Of a stretch of 20,000 nt of DNA, positions 8,824 to 16,642 are shown piece by piece. The DNA comes from an uncultured virus (IMG/VR IMGVR_UViG_3300024503_000494) (lineage: Duplodnaviria; Heunggongvirae; Uroviricota; Caudoviricetes): IMG/VR virus record IMGVR_UViG_3300024503_000494, positions 58,914 through 78,913 of that record. One strand, given 5' to 3'. The position numbers and the translations under genes are program-made. The notes under the pieces are model-generated. The model did no database searches and was not told the origin of the DNA. It was given only the letters and a program-made list of their open reading frames with translations. Numbering within the stretch: the first letter of the stretch is position 1; every line of letters begins with the position of its first letter.

Positions 8824-8944
8824 CCAATTTCAACTCAGGTTTTCCTACAACACGGCCGCCGTTGATTGTGGCGTACATTTCCGCTACAGCCCGAACGTAG
8901 AACTTCTGGGAGTTGCCATTGGGGTAAATCACGGTGTATTCCAT
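8804..8944 (-). CDS. 46-aa protein (not in ORF track)
   Basis: MEYTVIYPNGNSQKFYVRAVAEMYATINGGRVVGKPELKLVDKLAA; AGGAGAGCGA RBS after a promoter. Confidence 0.7.
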   Translation of the reverse strand: MEYTVIYPNGNSQKFYVRAVAEMYATINGGRVVGKPELKLVDKLAA

Positions 8945-8966
8945 TCGCTCTCCTAACTATGTGTCA

Positions 8967-8995
8967 ATTATAGCAAGGATCAGCCAAAGTGTCAA
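8967..8995 (-). promoter_or_regulatory. sigma70-type early promoter
   Basis: TTGACA-17-TATAAT; -35 overlaps the upstream TGA stop. Confidence 0.9.
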
Positions 8996-9258
8996 CCAGT
9001 TTTTTTAGCGATATGTGGATAACCTTTGAGTTTGGCGGGTTTCTTCTTGACCTTAAACTCTTTCTCAACATAGTATTTGAGCAGCTCTGTTTGGATCATT
9101 TTGACCAAATCCGAACCGTTAGATTCCGGGCAGATGAACCGAACCGGACAGTGACCCCAACTCATATGCTCTAGGAATTGGTTGTAGTAGCGTCTGTGCA
9201 TCTTGTTCCTTGGATCAAAGGCTACAAGGGGGCGGGCGTAGTATTCTAATTTGCTCAC
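8992..9258 (-). CDS. Hypothetical basic protein, 88 aa
   Basis: GTGA overlap with the upstream small ORF. Confidence 0.7.
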   Translation of the reverse strand: MSKLEYYARPLVAFDPRNKMHRRYYNQFLEHMSWGHCPVRFICPESNGSDLVKMIQTELLKYYVEKEFKVKKKPAKLKGYPHIAKKTG

Positions 9259-9431
9259 GAATTTACAGTCTCAAACGGATCGTAGGAATCGTCTGTGGTT
9301 AGCCCGTTACCGGCGATCCAATCATAGACCATCTCTGTGGGGCACTCCAACATGAGAGCAATCATCTTAGGCGAATGACCTTCGATATACAGTTGCTCGA
9401 TATCATAGGCAAGATCTGCGACTTTACTCAT
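9255..9431 (-). CDS. 58-aa HTH-like protein (not in ORF track)
   Basis: MSKVADLAYDIEQLYIEGHSPKMIALMLECPTEMVYDWI...; G-x-S-x-x-x-IA-x-x-L...V-x-x-W HTH pattern; ATGA coupling. Confidence 0.7.
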   Translation of the reverse strand: MSKVADLAYDIEQLYIEGHSPKMIALMLECPTEMVYDWIAGNGLTTDDSYDPFETVNS

Positions 9432-9559
9432 TTAGCATTCTCCATAACTCCAGTTACAACCGTGTGGGTGGTATCAACAGCATTACCAACGATGGTCTTA
9501 GTAACAGCAGGGTACAGGACAGCCAATGTTAAAAATACTCCTAACAAGAATTTAAGCAT
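9428..9559 (-). CDS. 43-aa membrane or secreted peptide (not in ORF track)
   Basis: MLKFLLGVFLTLAVLYPAVTK...; AAGGAGTGAT RBS after a promoter. Confidence 0.7.
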   Translation of the reverse strand: MLKFLLGVFLTLAVLYPAVTKTIVGNAVDTTHTVVTGVMENAK

Positions 9560-9591
9560 TTTATCACTCCTTACTTTGTTACGATATCTAT

Positions 9592-9620
9592 ATTATACAA
9601 CCAATCTACCTATCTGTCAA
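9592..9620 (-). promoter_or_regulatory. sigma70-type early promoter
   Basis: TTGACA-17-TATAAT. Confidence 0.9.
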
Positions 9621-9700
9621 GACCTAGATTCACGCACACACGTAGCAGCGGGGCCACTTAGGAAGTTGTGGCTTTTTAGCCACAACCCCCGGCACTCCGG

Positions 9701-10906
9701 TTAGCCCGTTTCCTTTTCGTAGATAACAGTCTGACCAAAGGGTGCTTGAGCAGATGTGTTACCTTTAACGATAAAGATTGTGTCGCAGTAGTCCTCAGGA
9801 CCCCAACTACCGCAGGGATAGCCGTCTGTGAACATAATGAACTTCTTAGGGCGAATGTCATTCTCTTCCATAAAGGTAAAGTTGACATCGAAGTCTGTGC
9901 CACCGCCACCTTGAGGTTCATACTCAACCAAGTCTTCAGCGTTGTCGTGGCTGATGCTTTGGTGATTGTAGATCTCTGTGTCAAAACACCACAGGTTGAT
10001 CTTGAAGTCCTCGTATTGATCCATAATGCCTTTGATCTCAGAAAGGAATACAGTTGCATCCTCTTCACCGATCGAACCCGACATATCGATTGCAATAGCC
10101 ACGTCAATGGTAGTTGCTTCTTTCATACCAGGAAGCACCGCACCTGAGTGTTGGCTCTTACGATTGTAGCGAGCGAATGAGTAGTCATTACGCACAATAG
10201 ATTGGATCTCTTGCTGAACCAATTGGCGCCAGTCCATTTTAGGCTCAGTCATAGTCTTGATCATACGCATAATGCCCGCAGGAGTCTTACCTGCACCAGC
10301 GGCCGCGGCACTTTGGATCATAGCCTCTTTGATCTCTTGACGCAGTTTCTCAGCTTCTTCCTTACTGAGCGTAGGCTTCTCTTTGCCGTCTTTGGTCTTG
10401 TCGCCAGGGCTACCAGCACCTTCTTCTTCTTTAATGTGCTCGTCCAAAAGGTCACCCAATTGCTTCAGCAGTTGATCCATAGGGATCTTCTCTGCTTGTT
10501 CATACAATTGATCGTAGATTTCTTCCCAAGCCATACCACGATACTTGGGATCGTAGCAGATCTTAACCTCGGTGATCTTCTCACCGATGCGTTCGTCTAC
10601 AAGGATTTGGTTTACGGCATAGTCCTGTGCGATGTTAGACAGCATACGATCACGTGAACCTACGCGACCAAAGTGATCAAAAACGCAGTGGCAGATCTCG
10701 TGTGCCAGCAGGAACTCTAACTTCTTAACAGACAGTTTGTTAATGAAGTCCTTGTTATACATAAAGTCACGGCCGTTAGTTGCCGCGGTAGGGCACCAGT
10801 CTGAAGCGTCCATCAAACGCATACGGGTGGCCATATTGCCGAAGAAGGGTGCTTTCAAAAGCAGGCCTACTCGTGCAGTAGTTAGTTTCTCAACGATTGG
10901 ATCCAT
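9701..10906 (-). CDS. HExxH metallopeptidase plus vWA-like domain protein (DUF2201-like)
   Basis: PTAATNG and HEICH in the N-terminal domain; MIDAS-like IDMSGS, GGGTDF and FTDGY in the C-terminal domain. Confidence 0.9.
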   Translation of the reverse strand: MDPIVEKLTTARVGLLLKAPFFGNMATRMRLMDASDWCPTAATNGRDFMYNKDFINKLSVKKLEFLLAHEICHCVFDHFGRVGSRDRMLSNIAQDYAVNQILVDERIGEKITEVKICYDPKYRGMAWEEIYDQLYEQAEKIPMDQLLKQLGDLLDEHIKEEEGAGSPGDKTKDGKEKPTLSKEEAEKLRQEIKEAMIQSAAAAGAGKTPAGIMRMIKTMTEPKMDWRQLVQQEIQSIVRNDYSFARYNRKSQHSGAVLPGMKEATTIDVAIAIDMSGSIGEEDATVFLSEIKGIMDQYEDFKINLWCFDTEIYNHQSISHDNAEDLVEYEPQGGGGTDFDVNFTFMEENDIRPKKFIMFTDGYPCGSWGPEDYCDTIFIVKGNTSAQAPFGQTVIYEKETG

Positions 10907-10931
10907 AAGTCGCTCTCCTTAGTATGTATAT

Positions 10932-10960
10932 ATTATAGCACCGGAAATCCAATGCGTCAA
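10932..10960 (-). promoter_or_regulatory. sigma70-type early promoter
   Basis: TTGACG-17-TATAAT. Confidence 0.85.
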
Positions 10961-10964
10961 CCGT

Positions 10965-10995
10965 AAAAAAAGGGTGTTGTATTTCTACAACACCC
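10965..10995 (-). terminator. Intrinsic terminator
   Basis: GGGTGTTGTA-GAAA-TACAACACCC followed by T7 on the minus strand. Confidence 0.8.
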
Positions 10996-11012
10996 CCGCA
11001 ATGGGCGAGGTC

Positions 11013-12098
11013 TTAATTCTCCATTGCTGAAAGAACATACTTGCCGAAACGCTTGTGGAACTCGTCGAACGACTTCATCTTAGTAGCGTCCAGGGGCAGG
11101 TCGTAGTTAGTAAGAGCAGTCTTTGCACCCATAACAACCAACTCTGTTGGGAAGTTAGCCATCATATAGGCAAAGAAGTTATCTGCCATACCGTCCCAGT
11201 CCTTGACCTTCTTCTCAGCACGGTCTTTCAACTCGTAGCAGAGTGAAACAGTCAACGAATACATCGCAGACACTTCTTTGATCTGCAGGTCCTTGACCTT
11301 GCCATCCAAAATGTCTTCTGCCTTAGGCAGTTTGCCTGCGATCTTACGGTGAGCCATAAACTTATTGCTCAGACCGTCACCAACGGCACCCGCAATCAGG
11401 GTAGCCAAAGTCTCGTTGTCAACATCGTCGTCGCTGAGCAGGTCAGAAACGAACATCCAAGAACGAGGAGTAGCAAATGACTTGCTAGGGCTCTTAGGAT
11501 CGAAGTCATACAGGTCTTGCTTGGCAAAGCCTACATAACCTACGACATCTGGATGCACCTTGTTCAAGGTAGCCCAGTCTTGCCAGTCATCAAAGTCCAC
11601 TTTCATTTCCAAGTGAACGAAACGGTTAGCCAGCGGAGCAGGCATACGGTAGGTAACACCACGGTCACCTTCACGGTTACCAGCGGCGACTACGTCAACA
11701 CCCTTAGGCAGTTCGTAGGTACCAACACGACGGTTCAGAATCAACTGATAGGCCGCGGCCTGAACAGCAGGAGGAGCAGAGTTCAATTCATCCAAGAAGA
11801 TGATTGCCTTGCTATCTGGGTCCACAGGCAGTTCTGCAGGAGGAGCCCAAGTCATTTTGCCTTGATCGGCATTGTAATAAGGAATACCCTTGATGTCGGT
11901 GGGCTCCCAAAGTGCTAGGCGGACGTCGATGACCTCACGACCTGCGTCTTCACCGATCTGCTTGACGAGATCGGATTTACCAATGCCTGGAGGACCCCAC
12001 AGGAACACTGGACGGCGAACATTGACCGCCTTACGAATTGCCTTCTTGGCGTTTTTAGGACCAACTTGGCGAACGGAAACATCTACTTGCTTTGACAT
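11013..12098 (-). CDS. MoxR-like/AAA_5 AAA+ ATPase
   Basis: Walker A GPPGIGKS, Walker B IIFLDELN, sensor AAGN, Arg finger PLANRF, and TPRSW. Confidence 0.9.
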   Translation of the reverse strand: MSKQVDVSVRQVGPKNAKKAIRKAVNVRRPVFLWGPPGIGKSDLVKQIGEDAGREVIDVRLALWEPTDIKGIPYYNADQGKMTWAPPAELPVDPDSKAIIFLDELNSAPPAVQAAAYQLILNRRVGTYELPKGVDVVAAGNREGDRGVTYRMPAPLANRFVHLEMKVDFDDWQDWATLNKVHPDVVGYVGFAKQDLYDFDPKSPSKSFATPRSWMFVSDLLSDDDVDNETLATLIAGAVGDGLSNKFMAHRKIAGKLPKAEDILDGKVKDLQIKEVSAMYSLTVSLCYELKDRAEKKVKDWDGMADNFFAYMMANFPTELVVMGAKTALTNYDLPLDATKMKSFDEFHKRFGKYVLSAMEN

Positions 12099-12147
12099 AA
12101 GACCTCGCTTAAAAAACAGTTAAAACAATTACTCTCTCAGTATCATT

Positions 12148-12176
12148 ATTGTAGCACCAGGTGCCCAACCTGTCAA
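12148..12176 (-). promoter_or_regulatory. sigma70-type early promoter
   Basis: TTGACA-17-TACAAT; -35 overlaps the upstream TGA stop. Confidence 0.85.
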
Positions 12177-12814
12177 CTGATGATTTTCACATAATTTAGG
12201 GCTGTTGTTTTATCGCCACGATGCTGTTTGATCTTGGCCTTCACCCGCAGTTCACCTTCTACAGCACGTGAGAACCAAAAGTCCACAAATGACTCACCTG
12301 CACGGGCGTAGATCTTGAACTTGTTGTATTCAGGATTGTAACGCGAACGTATTACAGTCAGAGAGATCACAACAGTATCCCCTACAGCGCCCGGGAGTTG
12401 CTCACTTTGGAACAGTTCTCGTTTCATCTCCGTCCGGGATTGCTCCATGCGAGCTGACTGGGGCAAGCAGCTGACAATGGCGAAGTCCAACATATCACGG
12501 CCCGTGAACTCGTCCTTTTGGGCAATCTTGAGAGCAGTCTGCTCGAAGTCTGTGATCTTCCCAGTCAGCAGCTTCATGGTGAAGGTGTTGATCTGTGCGC
12601 GATATTGCTGTCCCTGAGCGATCTCTTCTGCTGTAGGCTGCACATTGTCGCGGAGCCATTGCTTGACCAAGACCTTGTTTGGTTGCTTGATCACGGTGTT
12701 GTAGTCTATCCCGTGGGTGGCAGTAGCAGCATAGACTGGCTCTTTGCAGTAGCCGCCATTTTGAACATCAGCCCTAACAGCCAGGCCCCATACTTGATCT
12801 GCTGTGAATTGCAT
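12173..12814 (-). CDS. Hypothetical protein with possible C-terminal OB-fold
   Basis: GGAGCGAA RBS; beta-rich C-terminus GAVGDTV...VKAKIKQH...TALNYVK. Confidence 0.75.
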   Translation of the reverse strand: MQFTADQVWGLAVRADVQNGGYCKEPVYAATATHGIDYNTVIKQPNKVLVKQWLRDNVQPTAEEIAQGQQYRAQINTFTMKLLTGKITDFEQTALKIAQKDEFTGRDMLDFAIVSCLPQSARMEQSRTEMKRELFQSEQLPGAVGDTVVISLTVIRSRYNPEYNKFKIYARAGESFVDFWFSRAVEGELRVKAKIKQHRGDKTTALNYVKIIS

Positions 12815-12841
12815 TCTTCGCTCCGTTGTCTAACTGTCTCT

Positions 12842-12870
12842 ATTATATAGCTGATCGCCCAAGTTGTCAA
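12842..12870 (-). promoter_or_regulatory. sigma70-type early promoter
   Basis: TTGACA-17-TATAAT. Confidence 0.9.
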
Positions 12871-12917
12871 CCGGTTTGGAGAGTGCCGGCCGGTGTGGCA
12901 TTTTTGCAACATCCAGC

Positions 12918-12945
12918 CAAAAGAAAAGCCGCTGTAGTAGCGGCT
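12918..12945 (-). terminator. Intrinsic terminator
   Basis: AGCCGCT-ACTAC-AGCGGCT followed by TTTCTTTT. Confidence 0.75.
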
Positions 12946-12957
12946 CAAAGAAAGTCC

Positions 12958-12972
12958 CCGGGAGCGAATCGG
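12958..12972 (-). repeat. 15-nt 3'-UTR element CCGATTCGCTCCCGG, copy 2 (anti-RBS candidate)
   Basis: Identical to 6811-6825; a second GTCGCTCCT lies at 12985-12993. Confidence 0.8.
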
Positions 12973-12995
12973 ATCGTTTACTTTAGGAGCGACTC

Positions 12996-13268
12996 TTAAA
13001 GAGTGATACCCATTGCGCGAGCTTTGTAGCCAAGTGCTACGATCTCACGGCTTGGTTGGCCCAACTCGTATTCGGTAACAGTCACACCGTTGCCAGCAAC
13101 ACGAGTGTTGGCATAAACAGCGTAACCATGCTGACGAATGCGGCTTGCTTCAGCAGCCAAGTTACCTACGCCGAAACGCTTAGTTGCTTCGGATTGGGTA
13201 AGTTTTGCACCATTGTAAAGTGCGTTGAAGACCTTGAAAGTCTTGGTGTCTTTAGAAATGCGTTTCAT
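12996..13268 (-). CDS. Winged-helix/HTH DNA-binding protein
   Basis: LTQSEATKRFGVGNLAAEASRIRQHGYAVY...YEL wHTH pattern. Confidence 0.75.
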   Translation of the reverse strand: MKRISKDTKTFKVFNALYNGAKLTQSEATKRFGVGNLAAEASRIRQHGYAVYANTRVAGNGVTVTEYELGQPSREIVALGYKARAMGITL

Positions 13269-13321
13269 TTTGTTTCCTTTTAAGTTAATATAGCTGATTA
13301 CTTGTTCTTCAGCGTTCTTAA

Positions 13322-13350
13322 ATATTAGCAGAACGCTCTGGAAGAATCAA
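13322..13350 (-). promoter_or_regulatory. sigma70-type promoter (variant)
   Basis: GGTTGATT-17-TAATAT. Confidence 0.55.
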
Positions 13351-13352
13351 CC

Positions 13353-13550
13353 TCAATCTTTCCTTTTTACGGATACATTCGCTCGAAAGAAAGTTCCTAG
13401 GATCACAACAGCAGCCCAAGTAGCCAAACCAAATTCAATAGCCAGGCTAGGGAACAGCGTGTTCAGTGACCAGATCACAAGCCACGGTCCAATCGCCAAC
13501 AATACAACGATCAGCAAGAATGCCAATGCGATCTTAATTACGGTACTCAT
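13353..13550 (-). CDS. Small 2-TM membrane protein
   Basis: Hydrophobic; IWSLNTLFP motif; ATGA coupling. Confidence 0.8.
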   Translation of the reverse strand: MSTVIKIALAFLLIVVLLAIGPWLVIWSLNTLFPSLAIEFGLATWAAVVILGTFFRANVSVKRKD

Positions 13551-13777
13551 AGTAATTCTCCTATCTCTTCTGCTAGTTTAACAGACTCGATTTCCTTTTG
13601 CAAGAGCTTTTCTGCTCGTTTTCCATTTACTGAAGTGCCACCCTGATATACTTTGTAGAAGTGGTCAGCACAGTAGCTCTTTCCAGTTAGATTGGGCTTA
13701 CCGCAGTAGTGAACAGAACCCTTGCGGGGGTCCTGTTCGGGCCCAATCCACTGACAGGTCAGCGGACGGTAATCCAT
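13547..13777 (-). CDS. GcrA C-terminal-like Cys/His protein
   Basis: TCQWIG...YCG...GKSYCADH pattern. Confidence 0.65.
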   Translation of the reverse strand: MDYRPLTCQWIGPEQDPRKGSVHYCGKPNLTGKSYCADHFYKVYQGGTSVNGKRAEKLLQKEIESVKLAEEIGELL

Positions 13778-14883
13778 TATGCAATTCCTTTCATAACAGT
13801 GACCTTGGCCATATTCTGCCAGTTAGATGGGAAGCTCTTGCGCAGGTCTGCGACTTTGAGCACAGTACGCAGGCTCAGTTCACGCATAGTAGCGCGATTG
13901 TCGTCGATGAAGCTGACAACCTCATCTTTGGCAATGTCCTCCAGCTCGTAGCTATCCAACATACCATCCTTGACAATCTGCTTGATACGCAGTACCTTCT
14001 CGCGATCTGTGTCCATACGCAGATCAATATAGTGACAGCGTGACTCTAGGGCCGCCAAGTGCTCCTGCAGTTTCTTAGAGCGAACGTTCTCAAACTTCAA
14101 GTTAGTGATAAAGATAGCACCACCCTTGAACTCGAAACGATCTGGCACTCCTTCTGAACGAAGCAGACGGCTGTCAGTGTTCCACGAAATGGTACGCTTC
14201 TTGCTAGAGTCCAAAGCGGCCTTAAGAATGTTAAGTGCAATGTCGTCCAAAAGAATTGAGTCACAGTCGTCGAACACAAGAATGTTCTTAGCGTCTGAGT
14301 ATTTGTAGAGCTTAGTGTACAGACCAATGGCTGACATTGCGCCCTTGACGATCTCATATTTGGGCTTACGCTGACCCATCATATCAAACAGATCGTCTTT
14401 GGCAAGTACTTCTTCAACGCCAAAGGATTTGCCCACACCTGGAGGGCCTGTGACGATCATAGCACGTACATCACCATTCTTGACAGCTTTAGTCATATCT
14501 TTGAGGATGTCAAAGCGCAGACGAGTGCGTTCGATGATGTCCTCGTCGGACTCGTGTGCTACAGCAGTATCGGGCACCTTGATCTGAGTGAAATCGGTGA
14601 CCTCTGCGCCTTTGGCACTCTTTGACTTTAAAGCAGTCAGCATTGATACCCCTTGTGGAATTTGTGTTGCTTGAACAGTACCTGCGACAGCATAGTCGCC
14701 CTGACGGCACTTGATTCGGATATTGCGCTCAGGGAAGCCCTCTACACTAGTACCATCAACAGTAACATAGCCGTCGCCGTTCTTAGACACTTTGTAATCT
14801 TCTACAAGATTAAAAGTAAGTCCTGCAACGTTAACAGGTTGACCCTTGATGTTGTACCAGCCTTCAGTGAATGTAATCTGCAT
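13777..14883 (-). CDS. P-loop (AAA-like) ATPase with N-terminal extension
   Basis: Walker A GPPGVGKS, Walker B LVFDDCD, IFITN and ALESR; GGAGCGAA RBS. Confidence 0.85.
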   Translation of the reverse strand: MQITFTEGWYNIKGQPVNVAGLTFNLVEDYKVSKNGDGYVTVDGTSVEGFPERNIRIKCRQGDYAVAGTVQATQIPQGVSMLTALKSKSAKGAEVTDFTQIKVPDTAVAHESDEDIIERTRLRFDILKDMTKAVKNGDVRAMIVTGPPGVGKSFGVEEVLAKDDLFDMMGQRKPKYEIVKGAMSAIGLYTKLYKYSDAKNILVFDDCDSILLDDIALNILKAALDSSKKRTISWNTDSRLLRSEGVPDRFEFKGGAIFITNLKFENVRSKKLQEHLAALESRCHYIDLRMDTDREKVLRIKQIVKDGMLDSYELEDIAKDEVVSFIDDNRATMRELSLRTVLKVADLRKSFPSNWQNMAKVTVMKGIA

Positions 14884-14913
14884 CTTCGCTCCGTTTTGTT
14901 TAACTATGACTCT

Positions 14914-14942
14914 ATTGTACCATCAAACAGCCAACCTGTCAA
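14914..14942 (-). promoter_or_regulatory. sigma70-type early promoter
   Basis: TTGACA-17-TACAAT. Confidence 0.85.
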
Positions 14943-14958
14943 CCCCTAAAAATAACCC

Positions 14959-15399
14959 TTAGTCTTCTAGGGTTTCTGCTTCCATCAACACAGCAGCGAG
15001 CAAGCGGTAGGGGCGTCCGTATTCGGAAACATACCACTGATCGTCCGAACGGAAGATATACTCGTATTCCTCGTACTGGTGATCCTTGACGTAGGCTTCG
15101 TAGTTAGCGAAAACAGCAGCTTCAGTATCGCTCTCACCACGATCTCGACCGTAGGCACAGGTCCAGTTGTTGCGGTGATCTTCGTTGGTATAGCGAGCAT
15201 CGAAGTCGTGAGGCTCACCGATCTCAGGACGCAGCGAGCTGATCGATCCCAAGAGCATGAGTGCCAGGACCTTGGCACGATCTGTATAATGTTCGCTGAG
15301 AATTTGACCGTTGTGATCAATGTAGCCGTCCCAGTGGCAGTAGATCTGCATTACGCGGCCGTCGGGTTGCTCCATTGCAATAGTGCTTCGTGTAGCCAT
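14959..15399 (-). CDS. Conserved phage hypothetical protein (TRS...YCHWDGY type)
   Basis: MATRSTI...IYCHWDGY...AYGRDRGE...EEYEYIF; AGGAGCGAA RBS. Confidence 0.85.
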   Translation of the reverse strand: MATRSTIAMEQPDGRVMQIYCHWDGYIDHNGQILSEHYTDRAKVLALMLLGSISSLRPEIGEPHDFDARYTNEDHRNNWTCAYGRDRGESDTEAAVFANYEAYVKDHQYEEYEYIFRSDDQWYVSEYGRPYRLLAAVLMEAETLED

Positions 15400-15428
15400 T
15401 GTTCGCTCCTGTGTGTTGCTAAGCCTAT

Positions 15429-15457
15429 ATTATAACAGGGCCCGTAGGCCCTGTCAA
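15429..15457 (-). promoter_or_regulatory. sigma70-type early promoter with hairpin in spacer
   Basis: TTGACA-17-TATAAT; ACAGGGCC-TACG-GGCCCTGT at 15435-15454. Confidence 0.85.
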
Positions 15458-15461
15458 CCCC

Positions 15462-15815
15462 TTAAATTGCTTCAAATGCCTTAAGGGCTTCTTGTGCGCT
15501 CTCGTCCAAATAGACAGCGTCCATAGCCCGTTGCTTCTCAGCGGCTACCAACTTGCGATATGCTTCCAGCTCTGCTTTCTTTGCTTCCATAGCAGGCCAC
15601 TCCACGTCCGTAGGGTTGAGGTAAGGACCCGTGTAGTCTACCTTGTCTGCTTTAAGGGTAATCTCGCCTGAGCGGATGCCCTCAAAGACCATACCCCACG
15701 TAGGCTGTTCTGGACGGCCACTTGCGCCGTAAAGTTCTACAGCCTTAGCCTGCACCTTCTCTTGTGCTACTTCGTTAAGACGACGGACAAAATACTCACG
15801 TGCTTGCGCTTCCAT
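15462..15815 (-). CDS. Hypothetical helical protein, 117 aa
   Basis: Start reassigned to MEAQARE after the AAGGAGCGAA RBS, downstream of the promoter. Confidence 0.8.
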   Translation of the reverse strand: MEAQAREYFVRRLNEVAQEKVQAKAVELYGASGRPEQPTWGMVFEGIRSGEITLKADKVDYTGPYLNPTDVEWPAMEAKKAELEAYRKLVAAEKQRAMDAVYLDESAQEALKAFEAI

Positions 15816-15849
15816 AGTTTCGCTCCTTAGTTGCGTTGTTGAAGTGTTT

Positions 15850-15878
15850 ATTATACTGTCAAAAGCAGGGGCTGTCAA
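15850..15878 (-). promoter_or_regulatory. sigma70-type early promoter
   Basis: TTGACA-17-TATAAT. Confidence 0.9.
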
Positions 15879-15890
15879 CCCCTGTTGTTT

Positions 15891-16235
15891 TTATGCAAAC
15901 AAATTAAACTTTGCATCCCACGCACTAATAAACGCAGCGCCTACGTCTAAGCTAACGTAATTGTCGCCTTGCATCCCTTGCTCGCTATAGTCTATGTCTA
16001 AGTTGTTAAGACCCTGCAGCGCGAGGAAGTTGCGCAAGTCTGTCATAAATCCCTCGTCTGTGTAAATGAGACCGTCTGTGTCTACATCCCAAAACTTAGT
16101 GTTAAAGTATACACGCAGCTCGCCGAAGTCTTTTTCGTCGTTTACATATGCAAGTCGCATATCTGTAACGTGTACAGGCTTTGCAACGTTAGACCAGTAG
16201 CCGTCGCCGCTAGTGCTAAAAATTGTCTGTTTCAT
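15891..16235 (-). CDS. Hypothetical phage protein, 114 aa
   Basis: AAGGAGCGCGAA RBS; GLIYTD...YSEQGMQG motif. Confidence 0.85.
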   Translation of the reverse strand: MKQTIFSTSGDGYWSNVAKPVHVTDMRLAYVNDEKDFGELRVYFNTKFWDVDTDGLIYTDEGFMTDLRNFLALQGLNNLDIDYSEQGMQGDNYVSLDVGAAFISAWDAKFNLFA

Positions 16236-16264
16236 TTCGCGCTCCTTTGTGTTACTAAGTCTCT

Positions 16265-16293
16265 ATTGTATGCTCACGCAGCCAATTTGTCAA
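16265..16293 (-). promoter_or_regulatory. sigma70-type early promoter
   Basis: TTGACA-17-TACAAT. Confidence 0.85.
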
Positions 16294-16642
16294 CCTCTAC
16301 ACGCAATAACCCTTCAATTAGCTCGGGTAATCGTTTCTTAGCTTCTTCCTCTGCTTGCCAGATCAGATCAGCAGCACAACCGTCCCTGAGAACCTCGCGA
16401 GCATCTTCGTAGAGGTAGCCACCGCAGATCGACGATCCCAGTTCCATGTCATTGAACATGACACGAGCCCTGAGCATAAACCAATCCAAATCGCCCCGGT
16501 TAACCTTGCGCTCTAAGTCCTCTACATCACAGCAGGTATCATCAAAGAGATCGCGGATAGTGCAATCTTCCCAGGTCTTGTCCACGATCACAGTGACCCC
16601 ATTGTGCTGTTCGCGCAGCAGTTCGTCCCAGTAACGCATCAT
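16274..16642 (-). CDS. Hypothetical protein, 122 aa
   Basis: AGGAG RBS, ATGA coupling; C-terminus VDKLAA is encoded by the next promoter. Confidence 0.8.
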   Translation of the reverse strand: MMRYWDELLREQHNGVTVIVDKTWEDCTIRDLFDDTCCDVEDLERKVNRGDLDWFMLRARVMFNDMELGSSICGGYLYEDAREVLRDGCAADLIWQAEEEAKKRLPELIEGLLRVEVDKLAA

